Shown here: positions 51,285 to 60,438 of the stretch, piece after piece
Numbering within the stretch: position 1 is the stretch's first letter
Layout: each line of letters begins with the position of its first letter
NCBI GenBank assembly: GCA_034669905.1
Contig: JAXMOL010000019.1
Coordinates: forward strand, 71,158-135,157
Direction: 5' to 3'
DNA: 64,000 bases
Origin: Candidatus Hydrogenedentota bacterium
Lineage (GTDB): Bacteria; Hydrogenedentota; Hydrogenedentia; Hydrogenedentales; JAEUWI01
The notes under the pieces: model-generated
Databases searched by the model: none
What the model was told of the DNA's origin: nothing
What the model saw: the letters and a program-made list of their open reading frames with translations, nothing else
Position numbers and translations under genes: made by a program

Positions 51285-54116
51285 ATGAATAGCTTTCGCT
51301 GTATTGCGCTCGTCCTGACCTTACTCGCCGCCCCCCTGGCCCTCGCCACCGATCTCACGCCGGAACGCCTCCGCTGTGAATACCGGGAGAATCCCCTGGG
51401 CATCGACATCACGGCGCCGCGCCTCAGCTGGATCGTCACCTCAGAAACCCGCGGACAGCGCCAGACCGCCTACCGCATCCAGGTGGCTTCCGATGCCGCA
51501 CTCCTCGCCGAAGGCAAGGCCGATTGGTGGGACAGTGGCAAGGTGGAGAGCGACGAAACGGTCAACATCCCCTATGCGGGCGATCCCCTCCCCTCGGGCG
51601 CCCAATGTTTCTGGCGCGTTCGCACATGGGATATGGCGGGCGAGCCGAGTGACTGGAGTGAAACGGCGTTGTGGTCCATGGGGCTCCTCGAGAAGACCGA
51701 CTGGACCGCCGAGTGGATTAGCTTTAAAGACGACACCCCCTTTGAAGCCACCCAACAGCAGATGCAACTGCCCCCCGCACGCTATTACCGCAAAGACTTT
51801 TCCGCAGCGAAAAAAGTGGAGCGCGCCACCCTCTATGCCACGGCCCTGGGCATCTACACCGTCAGCATCAATGGCAACGCCATCTCCGACCAGGTCTTTG
51901 CCCCCGGCTGGCCCGATTATCACAAGCGCACCTATTACAACACCTACGACGTCACCAACCTGCTCGATAGCGGCACCAACACCTGGGGCGCCGTCCTGGC
52001 CGATGGCTGGTACAGCGGCTACCTGGGCTTTGGCCTCCTCGTGGGCTATGGGCCCAATAAATCGGGCCGGGCTTTCTATGGCAAGACCCCGGCCTTCCAG
52101 GCCCAACTCGAAATCGAATATGCCGACGGCACCACCAGGACCATCATCACGGACACGACCTGGAAAACCAGCGAAGGCCCGGAACGTATCGCCGATATGC
52201 AGATGGGCGAAACCTATGACGCCCGCCTCGAAATGCCCGGTTGGGACAGCCCCGGATTCGAAGACGAAGCCTGGGAAAACGCCATCCTTGCGAAGGACAA
52301 CGGCAGCATCAAGTCCCCCTATTGGGACCAGGGCGGCTCCCGCGAAGTGGAGCTCGGCTTTCAGGAACCCCCGGTCTACCAGGCGTACTCCGGCGTGCCC
52401 ATCCGTGTAACGGAACGCATCACGCCCGAATCCATCAACGAAATTGAGCCCGGCGTCTTTATCTTCGACATGGGCCAGAATTTCTCGGGCGTGGTCGAGC
52501 TCAAGGTCAAAGGCGAGGCGGGCACCAAGGTCCAGCTACGCCACGGTGAAATGCTCCACCAGGACGGCCGCCTCATGACGGAGAACCTCCGCAAGGCCCT
52601 CGCCACCGATGTGTACATCCTCAAGGGCGACCCGGCGGGCGAAACCTGGCAGCCCCGTTTCACCTTCCACGGCTTCCAGTTTGTGGAGGTCACCGGACTC
52701 CCCACGCCCCCCACGCTGGACACCCTCACGGGCGTAGTCATCCATTCCGACACGCCCCTGACCAGTAAATTCGCCTGTTCCGACGACATGGTCAACCAGC
52801 TCTTCAGCAACATCGTGTGGACCCAGCGCTCCAACTTCCTGGAACTGCCGACGGATTGTCCCCAGCGGGACGAGCGGCTCGGCTGGACGGGCGACGCGCA
52901 GATCTACGTCCGCGCCGCGACCTACAATGCGGACACGGCCGCCTTCTACACCAAGTGGCTCGACGACCTGGTGGAAGCCCAGGAGGCCAACGGGGCTTAC
53001 CCCGAATATGCCCCTCACCCCATGAACCACGGCCGGGACGGTATCACCTGGGGCACGGGCTGGATGGACGCGGGTATCATCTGTCCCTACACGATTTACC
53101 AGGTGTACGGCGACACCCGGGTCATCAAGCGTCACTATGATTCCATGACCCGCTTCATGGATTTTCGCCGGAGCATCGCCCCCGATTTCCAGGGCGTCTA
53201 CGAGGGCAATGACTGGGGCGACTGGCTCTCCCTCAGCAAGACACCCATCGAATACATCGACGCGTGCTACTTCTACTACACGTCCTCCCTCATGGCGGAA
53301 ATGGCCGACGCCATCGGCAAGATGGACGACGCCGAAAAGTACCGCGACTGGATGAAGCAAATCCAGGGCCGCTACTATAAGAACTACGTCAACGAAGACG
53401 GCACCCTCGCCATCCGCACCCAGACCGCCTACGCCGTGGCCCTCTTCGCGGGCATCTTGCCCCTGGAAAAGCGGAAGCCCGCGGGCGACCACCTCGCCGC
53501 CCTCATCGCCGAAGAAAACCACGCCATGAGCACGGGCTTCATCGGCACCCGCCCCCTCCTGCCCGCCCTTACGGCCACCGGCCACCACGACCTCGCCACC
53601 CGGCTCCTGCAAAACCGCAAGTACCCCTCCTGGGGCTTTGAGGTGGTCAACGGTGCCACCACCATCTGGGAACGGTGGAACAGCTACACCATCGAAGGCG
53701 GCTTCGTCGCGGGCATGAACTCCTTCAGCCACTACAGCTTTGGGGCCGTGTGCGAATGGATGTTCGGCTCCCTCGCGGGTATCGACACTGACGGACCGGG
53801 CTATAAACACATCACGCTCCGCCCCGCGCCGCCCTCCGCCGACAGCAACCCCGACTTCGCACCCATCGACTGGGTCGAAGCGGAGTATGATTCCATTCGT
53901 GGAAAGATTAAGGTGGCGTGGAAGAAGACAGCGACGGGACTGGAGTATCAGGTAACCATCCCCGCAAATACGACCGCAACCTTGGAGTTGCCGATGAGCG
54001 AAGGCGCGACGGTGACGGAGGGTGGCAAACCCTTGGCCGAAGCGGGTATCCCCACGACCGACGCCAACAAACTCACCCTCGCCGCAGGCACCTATCATTT
54101 TGTGGCAAACGAGTAA
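51285..54116 (+). CDS. Alpha-L-rhamnosidase (GH78)
   Basis: LRCEYRENPLGID, DMGQN, PTDCPQRDERLGWTGD, GATTIWERW, MNSFSHY. Confidence 0.95.
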   Translation: MNSFRCIALVLTLLAAPLALATDLTPERLRCEYRENPLGIDITAPRLSWIVTSETRGQRQTAYRIQVASDAALLAEGKADWWDSGKVESDETVNIPYAGDPLPSGAQCFWRVRTWDMAGEPSDWSETALWSMGLLEKTDWTAEWISFKDDTPFEATQQQMQLPPARYYRKDFSAAKKVERATLYATALGIYTVSINGNAISDQVFAPGWPDYHKRTYYNTYDVTNLLDSGTNTWGAVLADGWYSGYLGFGLLVGYGPNKSGRAFYGKTPAFQAQLEIEYADGTTRTIITDTTWKTSEGPERIADMQMGETYDARLEMPGWDSPGFEDEAWENAILAKDNGSIKSPYWDQGGSREVELGFQEPPVYQAYSGVPIRVTERITPESINEIEPGVFIFDMGQNFSGVVELKVKGEAGTKVQLRHGEMLHQDGRLMTENLRKALATDVYILKGDPAGETWQPRFTFHGFQFVEVTGLPTPPTLDTLTGVVIHSDTPLTSKFACSDDMVNQLFSNIVWTQRSNFLELPTDCPQRDERLGWTGDAQIYVRAATYNADTAAFYTKWLDDLVEAQEANGAYPEYAPHPMNHGRDGITWGTGWMDAGIICPYTIYQVYGDTRVIKRHYDSMTRFMDFRRSIAPDFQGVYEGNDWGDWLSLSKTPIEYIDACYFYYTSSLMAEMADAIGKMDDAEKYRDWMKQIQGRYYKNYVNEDGTLAIRTQTAYAVALFAGILPLEKRKPAGDHLAALIAEENHAMSTGFIGTRPLLPALTATGHHDLATRLLQNRKYPSWGFEVVNGATTIWERWNSYTIEGGFVAGMNSFSHYSFGAVCEWMFGSLAGIDTDGPGYKHITLRPAPPSADSNPDFAPIDWVEAEYDSIRGKIKVAWKKTATGLEYQVTIPANTTATLELPMSEGATVTEGGKPLAEAGIPTTDANKLTLAAGTYHFVANE

Positions 54117-54285
54117 ACCGGTCGAAGCACCGACGCAGGCGGATTAGACATTTCCGCCTGCGTCGGATCGAACGCCCTGTCCGACTCAAAAAACACGTCG
54201 GGCAAGCAAATAACGGGGGTCGGACATTCCTGTCTGACACAAAGCCCACGCCAAGCCAGCAAACGGCGCGACGAGCTTGACACGG

Positions 54286-54326
54286 AGCCCACGGGTGCCA
54301 CGGGCAAGCGCTAAAACTTGCCCGTG
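54286..54326 (+). repeat. 41-nt palindromic direct repeat, left copy
   Basis: AGCCCACGGGTGCCACGGGCAAGCGCTAAAACTTGCCCGTG; 37/41 identical to 55413-55453. Confidence 0.8.
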
Positions 54327-54374
54327 TGGGTATGTTGAAAGAAACTGGGCCACACCCACGAGGGAACGGAATCG

Positions 54375-55397
54375 ATGGGCAAGAAAGTACAACGGTCATC
54401 TGAAAACCTGGAAACGCAATTCACCGAAGTCTTGCAGCAGATTCAGCGGGCAAAGCAGAAGGCGTTTCAACAGGTCAACCGCACGCTGGTGGAACTCTAC
54501 TGGAATGTTGGCGGCTATATTTCCAAACGAGTAGTCGAGTCAGGCTGGGGCAAGAACGTTGTGGAGGAGTTGGCCGCCTTCATTAGACGCGAGGAACCGA
54601 GCATCAAGGGGTTCTCTGCCAGAAACATATGGACCATGAAGCAGTTTTACGAGACCTATCAAGGCAGCGAAAAACTGCCATCACTGATGGCAGAATTGAG
54701 CTGGACACACAACCGCCGCATCATGAGCCTGAAAACCGCCGAAGAGCGGGAGTTTTACCTGCTCCTGTGCCAGCAACAAAATTACAGCGTCCGAGAGCTG
54801 GAACGCCTCATAGACAGCGGCACCTTCGAGCGCACCATGCTGGCCGACCAAAACGTATCCGAAGCCATCAAGCAGCTGCCGCAAAGCACGCAGGGCGTTT
54901 TCAAGGACCGCTATATATTCGAGTTCCTGGACCTGCCCTCTCCCCATCACGAGAAAGAACTACAACACGCCCTAATCAGTTCCCTCAAAGATTTCATACT
55001 GGAGCTGGGCGTCGGATTCACCTTTGTTGGCGAAGAATACCGTCTCCAAGTGGGCACGGACGACTTCTACATCGATCTGCTATTTTTCCACCGCCACCTA
55101 CAATGCATGGTGGCATTCGAGCTCAAGAACGAAAAGTTTCGGCCGGAGCACCTGGGGCAATTGGAATTTTATCTGGAAGCCTTGGACCAAGACGTCAAAC
55201 TGGCTCACGAGAACCCCAGCATCGGCGTCCTGCTCTGCCGCGAGAAGAATGACGAGGTGGTGAAGTACTCCCTGAACCGGTCCCTCAGCCCGACGCTCAT
55301 TGCGGACTACGAAACCAAGCTCCTCCCCAAGAAAATGCTGCGCGATAAACTGAATGAAATATATGCACGCCTTGAAAGCGGGAAGGGGGAGGCGTAA
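54375..55397 (+). CDS. YhcG/DUF1016 PD-(D/E)xK nuclease-domain protein
   Basis: LYWNVG, GFSARN, LSWTH, FKDRYIFEFL, IDLLFFH, ELK, GQLEFYL. Confidence 0.93.
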   Translation: MGKKVQRSSENLETQFTEVLQQIQRAKQKAFQQVNRTLVELYWNVGGYISKRVVESGWGKNVVEELAAFIRREEPSIKGFSARNIWTMKQFYETYQGSEKLPSLMAELSWTHNRRIMSLKTAEEREFYLLLCQQQNYSVRELERLIDSGTFERTMLADQNVSEAIKQLPQSTQGVFKDRYIFEFLDLPSPHHEKELQHALISSLKDFILELGVGFTFVGEEYRLQVGTDDFYIDLLFFHRHLQCMVAFELKNEKFRPEHLGQLEFYLEALDQDVKLAHENPSIGVLLCREKNDEVVKYSLNRSLSPTLIADYETKLLPKKMLRDKLNEIYARLESGKGEA

Positions 55398-55412
55398 CGA
55401 TGCCAAGCGAAC

Positions 55413-55453
55413 AGCCCACGGGTGCCACGGTCAAGCGATCAAGCTTGCCCGTG
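55413..55453 (+). repeat. 41-nt palindromic direct repeat, right copy
   Basis: AGCCCACGGGTGCCACGGTCAAGCGATCAAGCTTGCCCGTG. Confidence 0.8.
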
Positions 55454-55485
55454 CAGGCCGGTTCAAGGCGACGCTCATCTTCCAT

Positions 55486-55623
55486 CTCGTTCCCAAGCTC
55501 CGCTTGGAAATGCAGTCTTGCATGCTCCGCTTGCCTGCGGATACAGGGCATCCAGCGTAAAATCGTAGACAAATCGGAGCAGAGCTCCGGAAGCGGCATT
55601 CCCAAGCAGAGCTTGGGAACGAG
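55486..55623. repeat. REPIN-like element with inverted ends
   Basis: CTCGTTCCCAAGCTCCGCTTGG ... TTCCCAAGCAGAGCTTGGGAACGAG; lone right halves at 56386-56433 and 63042-63092. Confidence 0.85.
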
Positions 55624-55672
55624 GAATCGCAGCAATCAAGAATCGGGCGTGAGGGCATGAGTTAGGCATCGT

Positions 55673-56314
55673 ATGAAACTCTATTCCTACATCGTCGCCC
55701 ACGACTCTGGCTTCGCGCCGAATCCGTTCTGGGGCTTTTGCACCCTGGCCAATTGCAAACCGAAGATTCGCGAACGGGCACAGCCCGGCGATTGGATCGT
55801 GGGCCTGGCCTCTCGTACAGGGGGGAATGGCATCGTCTATGCCATGGAAGTGGACGAAGTCATGGGCTATGGGGACTATTTCAATGACCCGCGCTTTGCG
55901 GCGAAGATTCCGGACCATACAAGACTTGATTACGTACAGCGATGTGGCGACAACTGTTACGAACCCCTGCCCGACGGCGGGTTTCGACAGCTTCCGTCCC
56001 ACCATTCAGCGGGCGCGCTTGAAAACCCAAAACTCAAAGCAACGGACCTCAGCGGACGAAACGTTTTGATCGCCAAGCGATTTCATTATTTTGGGAGTCA
56101 GCCCCTTCCGCTGCCGGAGAGCCTGGACACATTAATCGTAGCCCGGGGATATCGGTGTAATTTCCCTCCCGAGATTGTGGATGGGTTTTTGAAGTTTATC
56201 GGAGCGCACCCTCGGGGCGTAAACGCACCGCCCGAACGCTGGCCGAAGGGCAACCAATCGTGGGCAGAGTTTGAGCGGGCGTGTAGCGGCAAAGTTCGGC
56301 GCGAAAGAGAATGA
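55673..56314 (+). CDS. Nucleotide modification-associated domain 2 (Nmad2) protein
   Basis: YSYIVAHDSGFAPNPFWGFCTLANCKPKIR..GDWIVG, GDNCY, VLI...F.YFG. Confidence 0.85.
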   Translation: MKLYSYIVAHDSGFAPNPFWGFCTLANCKPKIRERAQPGDWIVGLASRTGGNGIVYAMEVDEVMGYGDYFNDPRFAAKIPDHTRLDYVQRCGDNCYEPLPDGGFRQLPSHHSAGALENPKLKATDLSGRNVLIAKRFHYFGSQPLPLPESLDTLIVARGYRCNFPPEIVDGFLKFIGAHPRGVNAPPERWPKGNQSWAEFERACSGKVRRERE

Positions 56315-56436
56315 TGGATTTCCGGATTGCGCGTTTCCTCGCAACGTAAGAACGGACGCTACACGGCCGAAGCACGGTAAAAAGCGAAGCAGAGCTTCGG
56401 GAACGGCGTTCCCAAGCAGAGCTTGGGAACGAGGAA

Positions 56437-56888
56437 AAATCGGCACATCCACAACGTGGACGCTGTATCGCCCTTTCAGGGCTTGGTGACTTTTTGGGGA
56501 CCTTGGTACCCAGGGCGGTGCCCTGGGCTTCAAAACTGTGTAGGCCCTTCGGGCCGAAGACGATGACGGGCGCTGCCAGCCCTTCGGAGATCGCGCACGT
56601 GAAAAAGGAATGGTGGCTCGGGACGAACTACCAAAGGGCGGCGGGCATTCCTGTCGGACACAAAGCCCACGTCGTGGCAACCCTATGGCGCGATACGCCA
56701 GGCAGGGAAACCACGGAGCCTGTGCGGGCCGCTTTGGAATTCGACGGCATACCCAACGAATAAACGAAATCGGCACATCCACAACGTGGACGATGTATCG
56801 CCCTATCAGGGCTTGGTGACTTTTTCGGGAGCTTGGCACCCAAGGCGGTGCCCGGGGCTTCAACACTGTGCAGGCCCTTCGGGCCGAA
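56437..56888 (+). repeat. Two 122-nt direct repeats (56437-56558, 56767-56888) of a REP-like family
   Basis: AAATCGGCACATCCACAACGTGGACG..CGCCCT.TCAGGGCT..GGCCCTTCGGGCCGAA, 330 nt apart. Confidence 0.9.
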
Positions 56889-57064
56889 TAAACTTCAAGG
56901 CCATCGCGAGGGTCAAGGTCTCCTATTTCCGTGCCATTCCGTGTTTTCCGTGGTAGACCCCAGCCCCATCCCCCACCATTCCCCTGCGGTGGTGTACAAT
57001 CGTGGTTCCGCTTCCAACAAGCAGCCCGCAAGAACACGCACCAACCACACCACAGGAACACACA

Positions 57065-57574
57065 ATGCAATCCACCCGCCTCACCCGGCTTCTGAAATCC
57101 TCCGTTGTGGCTACGGCCCTCGTCCTCCTTTCGGGCTGCCCCCTACTCGGTGCGGGCTACGTCCCCGATGGCCTCTGGCGCGGTACCATCACCGACGCAC
57201 CGGGCACCATCACCATCCGGGTGCAGGATGGATTCGTCCGAGTCATCCAAATCGAGGGGCTCCAACTCGAATCCCCCGACAACCCGGGTGACTCCACCAC
57301 CTATCCCATCTACATCAACTATGGCTTTATCGACGGGCTTTTCCCGGGTGTGGAGGGATTGCCGATTCTGCCCACGGGTGCCTTCGTCGACTATGCCCTG
57401 ACCGAGGACGGAAGCGAGGCCATCACGGGAACGATAACCCCAGACCTCAGCGCGGGTGGAACGATAAGCATCGTGCTGTTTGCCTACAACGCCGCCGATG
57501 AAGTCTACGATTTCACGTGGACTGCGGAATACGTCGACGAAGTCGAGATGGAGACGGACGAGGAGGAGCGCTGA
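57065..57574 (+). CDS. Hypothetical lipoprotein
   Basis: Lipobox LSGC(P), AGGA RBS, beta-rich body, acidic tail. Confidence 0.75.
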   Translation: MQSTRLTRLLKSSVVATALVLLSGCPLLGAGYVPDGLWRGTITDAPGTITIRVQDGFVRVIQIEGLQLESPDNPGDSTTYPIYINYGFIDGLFPGVEGLPILPTGAFVDYALTEDGSEAITGTITPDLSAGGTISIVLFAYNAADEVYDFTWTAEYVDEVEMETDEEER

Positions 57575-57731
57575 GGCGAGGCACGGCCCTGGGAACGGTA
57601 CGAAGGTTTCCCGACTGCTGAAATAAACAACCACCTGCAGAGCGGTGGGATGGGGAAAGCCCCCGAAAGGGGCTGATTAGTCCACGAAGTGGGTAACATA
57701 GAAATCTCCGGCATGAGATTGGCCTCGACCT

Positions 57732-57830
57732 ATGTCGCCCCGCTGGGACTTATACCGGCGTACGTCGACTAAAACCCAGGACTCGCTGCGCTCGCCACTG
57801 GGCTACGATTTGCCGCCCCCCTGGGGCTGA
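57732..57830. repeat. REP-like multi-hairpin element
   Basis: GTCGCCCCGCTGGGACT..ACCCAGG..CTGGGCTAC..GCCCCCCTGGGGCT, same layout as the 122-nt repeats. Confidence 0.5.
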
Positions 57831-58025
57831 AGACCCTTTAAGCCGCGATTGAGAAAAGTCCGTGCACAGGGACTTGGTCATCGTCCGCTTAGATGAGTAT
57901 GCCGGAACTGCAGCGCCTTATGAATTCTCATTAGCAACGCGGGTGGATTAGCTTTGATTTAGCAAAGCGTATGCGCCTCCTGCGCTGTGCCGACCGGCGC
58001 TCCATAGACCGTGCTGTTGCCTTGA

Positions 58026-58190
58026 TATGGAGCGCCAGCGGCCCGCTGGCATCCGTTACACCGAAGGTGTACGGATTCGGCTTGGTGGTCGCTGGCGACC
58101 AAGGATACCGTCCCTGTTGTTACGCGTAGTTAATCCCCAAGTTGTTGCGGTGGCGTTGCCACCGAGCCGGCGGGCCGCCGGCGCTCCATA
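58026..58190. repeat. REPIN-like element
   Basis: TATGGAGCGCCAGCGGCCCGCTGGC ... GCCGGCGGGCCGCCGGCGCTCCATA inverted pair. Confidence 0.65.
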
Positions 58191-58324
58191 CCTTGCCACC
58201 TGCGCTCCATACGTTGTACACCGCCCCATCCCATTTCGTATGCTGTGGAGGCTGTCCGTTTTCTGCAGGATTGGTGCCCTCCTTGCTGGCCCGTCCATCG
58301 CCGCCCACTGTTGGAGTTCTCACC

Positions 58325-60178
58325 GTGTTGAAATTACTCGCGTCGCTTCTTGCCTTCCTTTGCCTGCTCCCTGCCGCCGCGCAGGATACGCTGCCCCTCG
58401 TGCTGCCCGAAACGCCCAAGCCCAACTATGGCGCACCCGTCCCCGAACAGGTTACGGGCCTCGTGGTGGATGTCAACATCGGCTTCAATGCGGGGGTGCC
58501 TGACGTCTCTGTTACGGATGGCTATTCGGTGGTCAAGACGGACGAAGCGGGGGCCTATACGCTCACGCCCAACCCCAACGCCGTGTTCGTCTACATCACC
58601 CGCCCCTCGGGTTACGATGTGAAGGGCCCGTGGTATCGGCCCCTCTCCGCAGAGGTCAATTTCACCCTCGAAGAAGCGACAGAGAGCGAGGCGGAGTACA
58701 CCTTCATCAACGTGTCCGATACGCACACCAGCACCGATCCGGTTTCCACGGCGGGCCTGAGCGCCTTTGTCCGGGAGGTCAACGGACTGACACCGCCCCC
58801 CCGCTTTGTGATCAACAGTGGCGACCTCATCAACCTCAGCAAGACACTTTCGGATAGGCCGGAGACCGGCGACGCGTTTTTTCGTAACTATGTGGGCATC
58901 ATGAACAATCTCACCATGCCCCACTACCATGTCGCGGGGGACCACACCGATTCGTCTTACCGGTTGGACGAATTTCCACGGGGCGACCATCGTTCGGGGA
59001 AACCCCAATACTGGGAGTTCCTCGGACCCAATTTCTTTTCCTTCGAGTACGGCCAAATCCATTTCATGTCCATCGACAGCAGCTATCACCTGGGAAAGCG
59101 ACAGCTGCACGGCCGGGAATACCCCACGCTGGAAATCCAGCCCATGCACACGGCCTGGATGAAGGAGGACATGGCGAAACGTCGTGAGGGCACCCATGTG
59201 GTCACGGCTTCGGAGACCGACCTGGTCGAACAGTGTCCCGGCTTCCTGGAAATGGCCGCAACCTATGATGTGCGCTTCCAGATGACGGGCGACATCCACG
59301 TGGTCAGCGAAAAACACCACGAGGTCCCCTTCCGCACGGCGGGGGCCTTGGCGGGCTGCTGGTGGAACCCCAAGTGCAACCAGCTCTGTCCCGACCTGCG
59401 GCCCCAGGGCTATCTCATCTACCACGTAACAGGCGACAAAATGGAGGCCTTCTACAAGGGGCTCGGCCAGCGCGTCGCCATCACCTCCCACGTTATCGGT
59501 GTCGCGTGGAGCGGGTCCGTGGTGGTCGAGGCCCATCTGGTCCAGCCGGAAGACGGGGAAGGCCTCCAGCTTTCGCTCGATGGCACGACTTGGGTGGACA
59601 TGGCAGAAACAAGCCGGCCCTTCTACCGCGCCGCCTTCCGCCACACCGTAGATACCACCACGCTGCCCGATGGCCTCCACCAACTCCACGTGCGCAGCAC
59701 CCTCAGCAAAGAAGCCCGGACCCAGGATGTGGTCGTCGTCAACGGCGGCACCTCGGCTGGCATTCAGACCGACGCCACCCTCACCTTCAGCACGGCAGCC
59801 CACAGCAATCGGAAGGCCAACCCGCCTGCGGGCACGGTGCAGGTCCTCTTCAACGGCGCCACGGTCGGTGAACTCACCCCCGGTGCGACCAGGGACTATG
59901 CCTTCACCATCCCGGCGGGTAGCCTCGAAAAAGCCAACACGGTCCGCTTCCAGTTTGAAACGGAACGGGACGGCATGTATATGAGCAGCCCCACGCTCAC
60001 GGTTGCCGGAGAGCCGGTCCATGACATCCGCGACAGCGCCGTGAACGCCATCAAGCGCGCCCACTGGGGCGACGAAGCGGTCCGTTGGGGCGGATTTGTT
60101 GTCGGTGAGGGCGACTTGCTTGAGACACCCTTTATCCGCAAGCAGGACGTCTTTTGCTTTGTTGTTGGCGCGGAGTGA
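58325..60178 (+). CDS. Secreted calcineurin-like metallophosphoesterase
   Basis: Signal peptide; VSVTDG..TDEAGAY N-domain; SDTH, SGDL, GDH; G.WW...D..P.GY C-domain. Confidence 0.8.
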   Translation: MLKLLASLLAFLCLLPAAAQDTLPLVLPETPKPNYGAPVPEQVTGLVVDVNIGFNAGVPDVSVTDGYSVVKTDEAGAYTLTPNPNAVFVYITRPSGYDVKGPWYRPLSAEVNFTLEEATESEAEYTFINVSDTHTSTDPVSTAGLSAFVREVNGLTPPPRFVINSGDLINLSKTLSDRPETGDAFFRNYVGIMNNLTMPHYHVAGDHTDSSYRLDEFPRGDHRSGKPQYWEFLGPNFFSFEYGQIHFMSIDSSYHLGKRQLHGREYPTLEIQPMHTAWMKEDMAKRREGTHVVTASETDLVEQCPGFLEMAATYDVRFQMTGDIHVVSEKHHEVPFRTAGALAGCWWNPKCNQLCPDLRPQGYLIYHVTGDKMEAFYKGLGQRVAITSHVIGVAWSGSVVVEAHLVQPEDGEGLQLSLDGTTWVDMAETSRPFYRAAFRHTVDTTTLPDGLHQLHVRSTLSKEARTQDVVVVNGGTSAGIQTDATLTFSTAAHSNRKANPPAGTVQVLFNGATVGELTPGATRDYAFTIPAGSLEKANTVRFQFETERDGMYMSSPTLTVAGEPVHDIRDSAVNAIKRAHWGDEAVRWGGFVVGEGDLLETPFIRKQDVFCFVVGAE

Positions 60179-60269
60179 GTTTCGTGCTGATAGAATCGGG
60201 CCGTCACGGATAGCGCCTCAGGCGCACGATGGAATGGTGTAGGTATTCCCTACAAGTTCCTACGGCGCG

Positions 60270-60419
60270 GGGGCAAGCTTGCCCGTTCTTTCTTGGCCAC
60301 CGATGGGTCAAAGCTACGCCACTGCTCCGCCTCCGCCCGGGCACAACCGTCCAGTCGATAGCGCTGACGTAGGTCAGGATACGGGCTTGGACAGTCTTGT
60401 GCTCGGTGAGAGTGGACAT
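60270..60419 (-). pseudogene. hsdR: Type I restriction subunit HsdR N-terminal remnant (frameshifted, truncated)
   Basis: MSTLTEHKTVQARILTYVSAIDWTVVP, then in shifted frame RAEAEQWRSFDP; resembles an HsdR N-terminus I recognise. Confidence 0.65.
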
Positions 60420-60438
60420 GGTATCGACAACTAAGTCC

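Noticed and set aside
56437..56888. Possible CRISPR array
   Set aside because: Only two 122-nt copies 330 nt apart, no regular repeat-spacer pattern and no cas genes
56132..57070. 312-aa minus-strand ORF with internal repeats
   Set aside because: It is a translation of the REP-like repeats and is not protein-like
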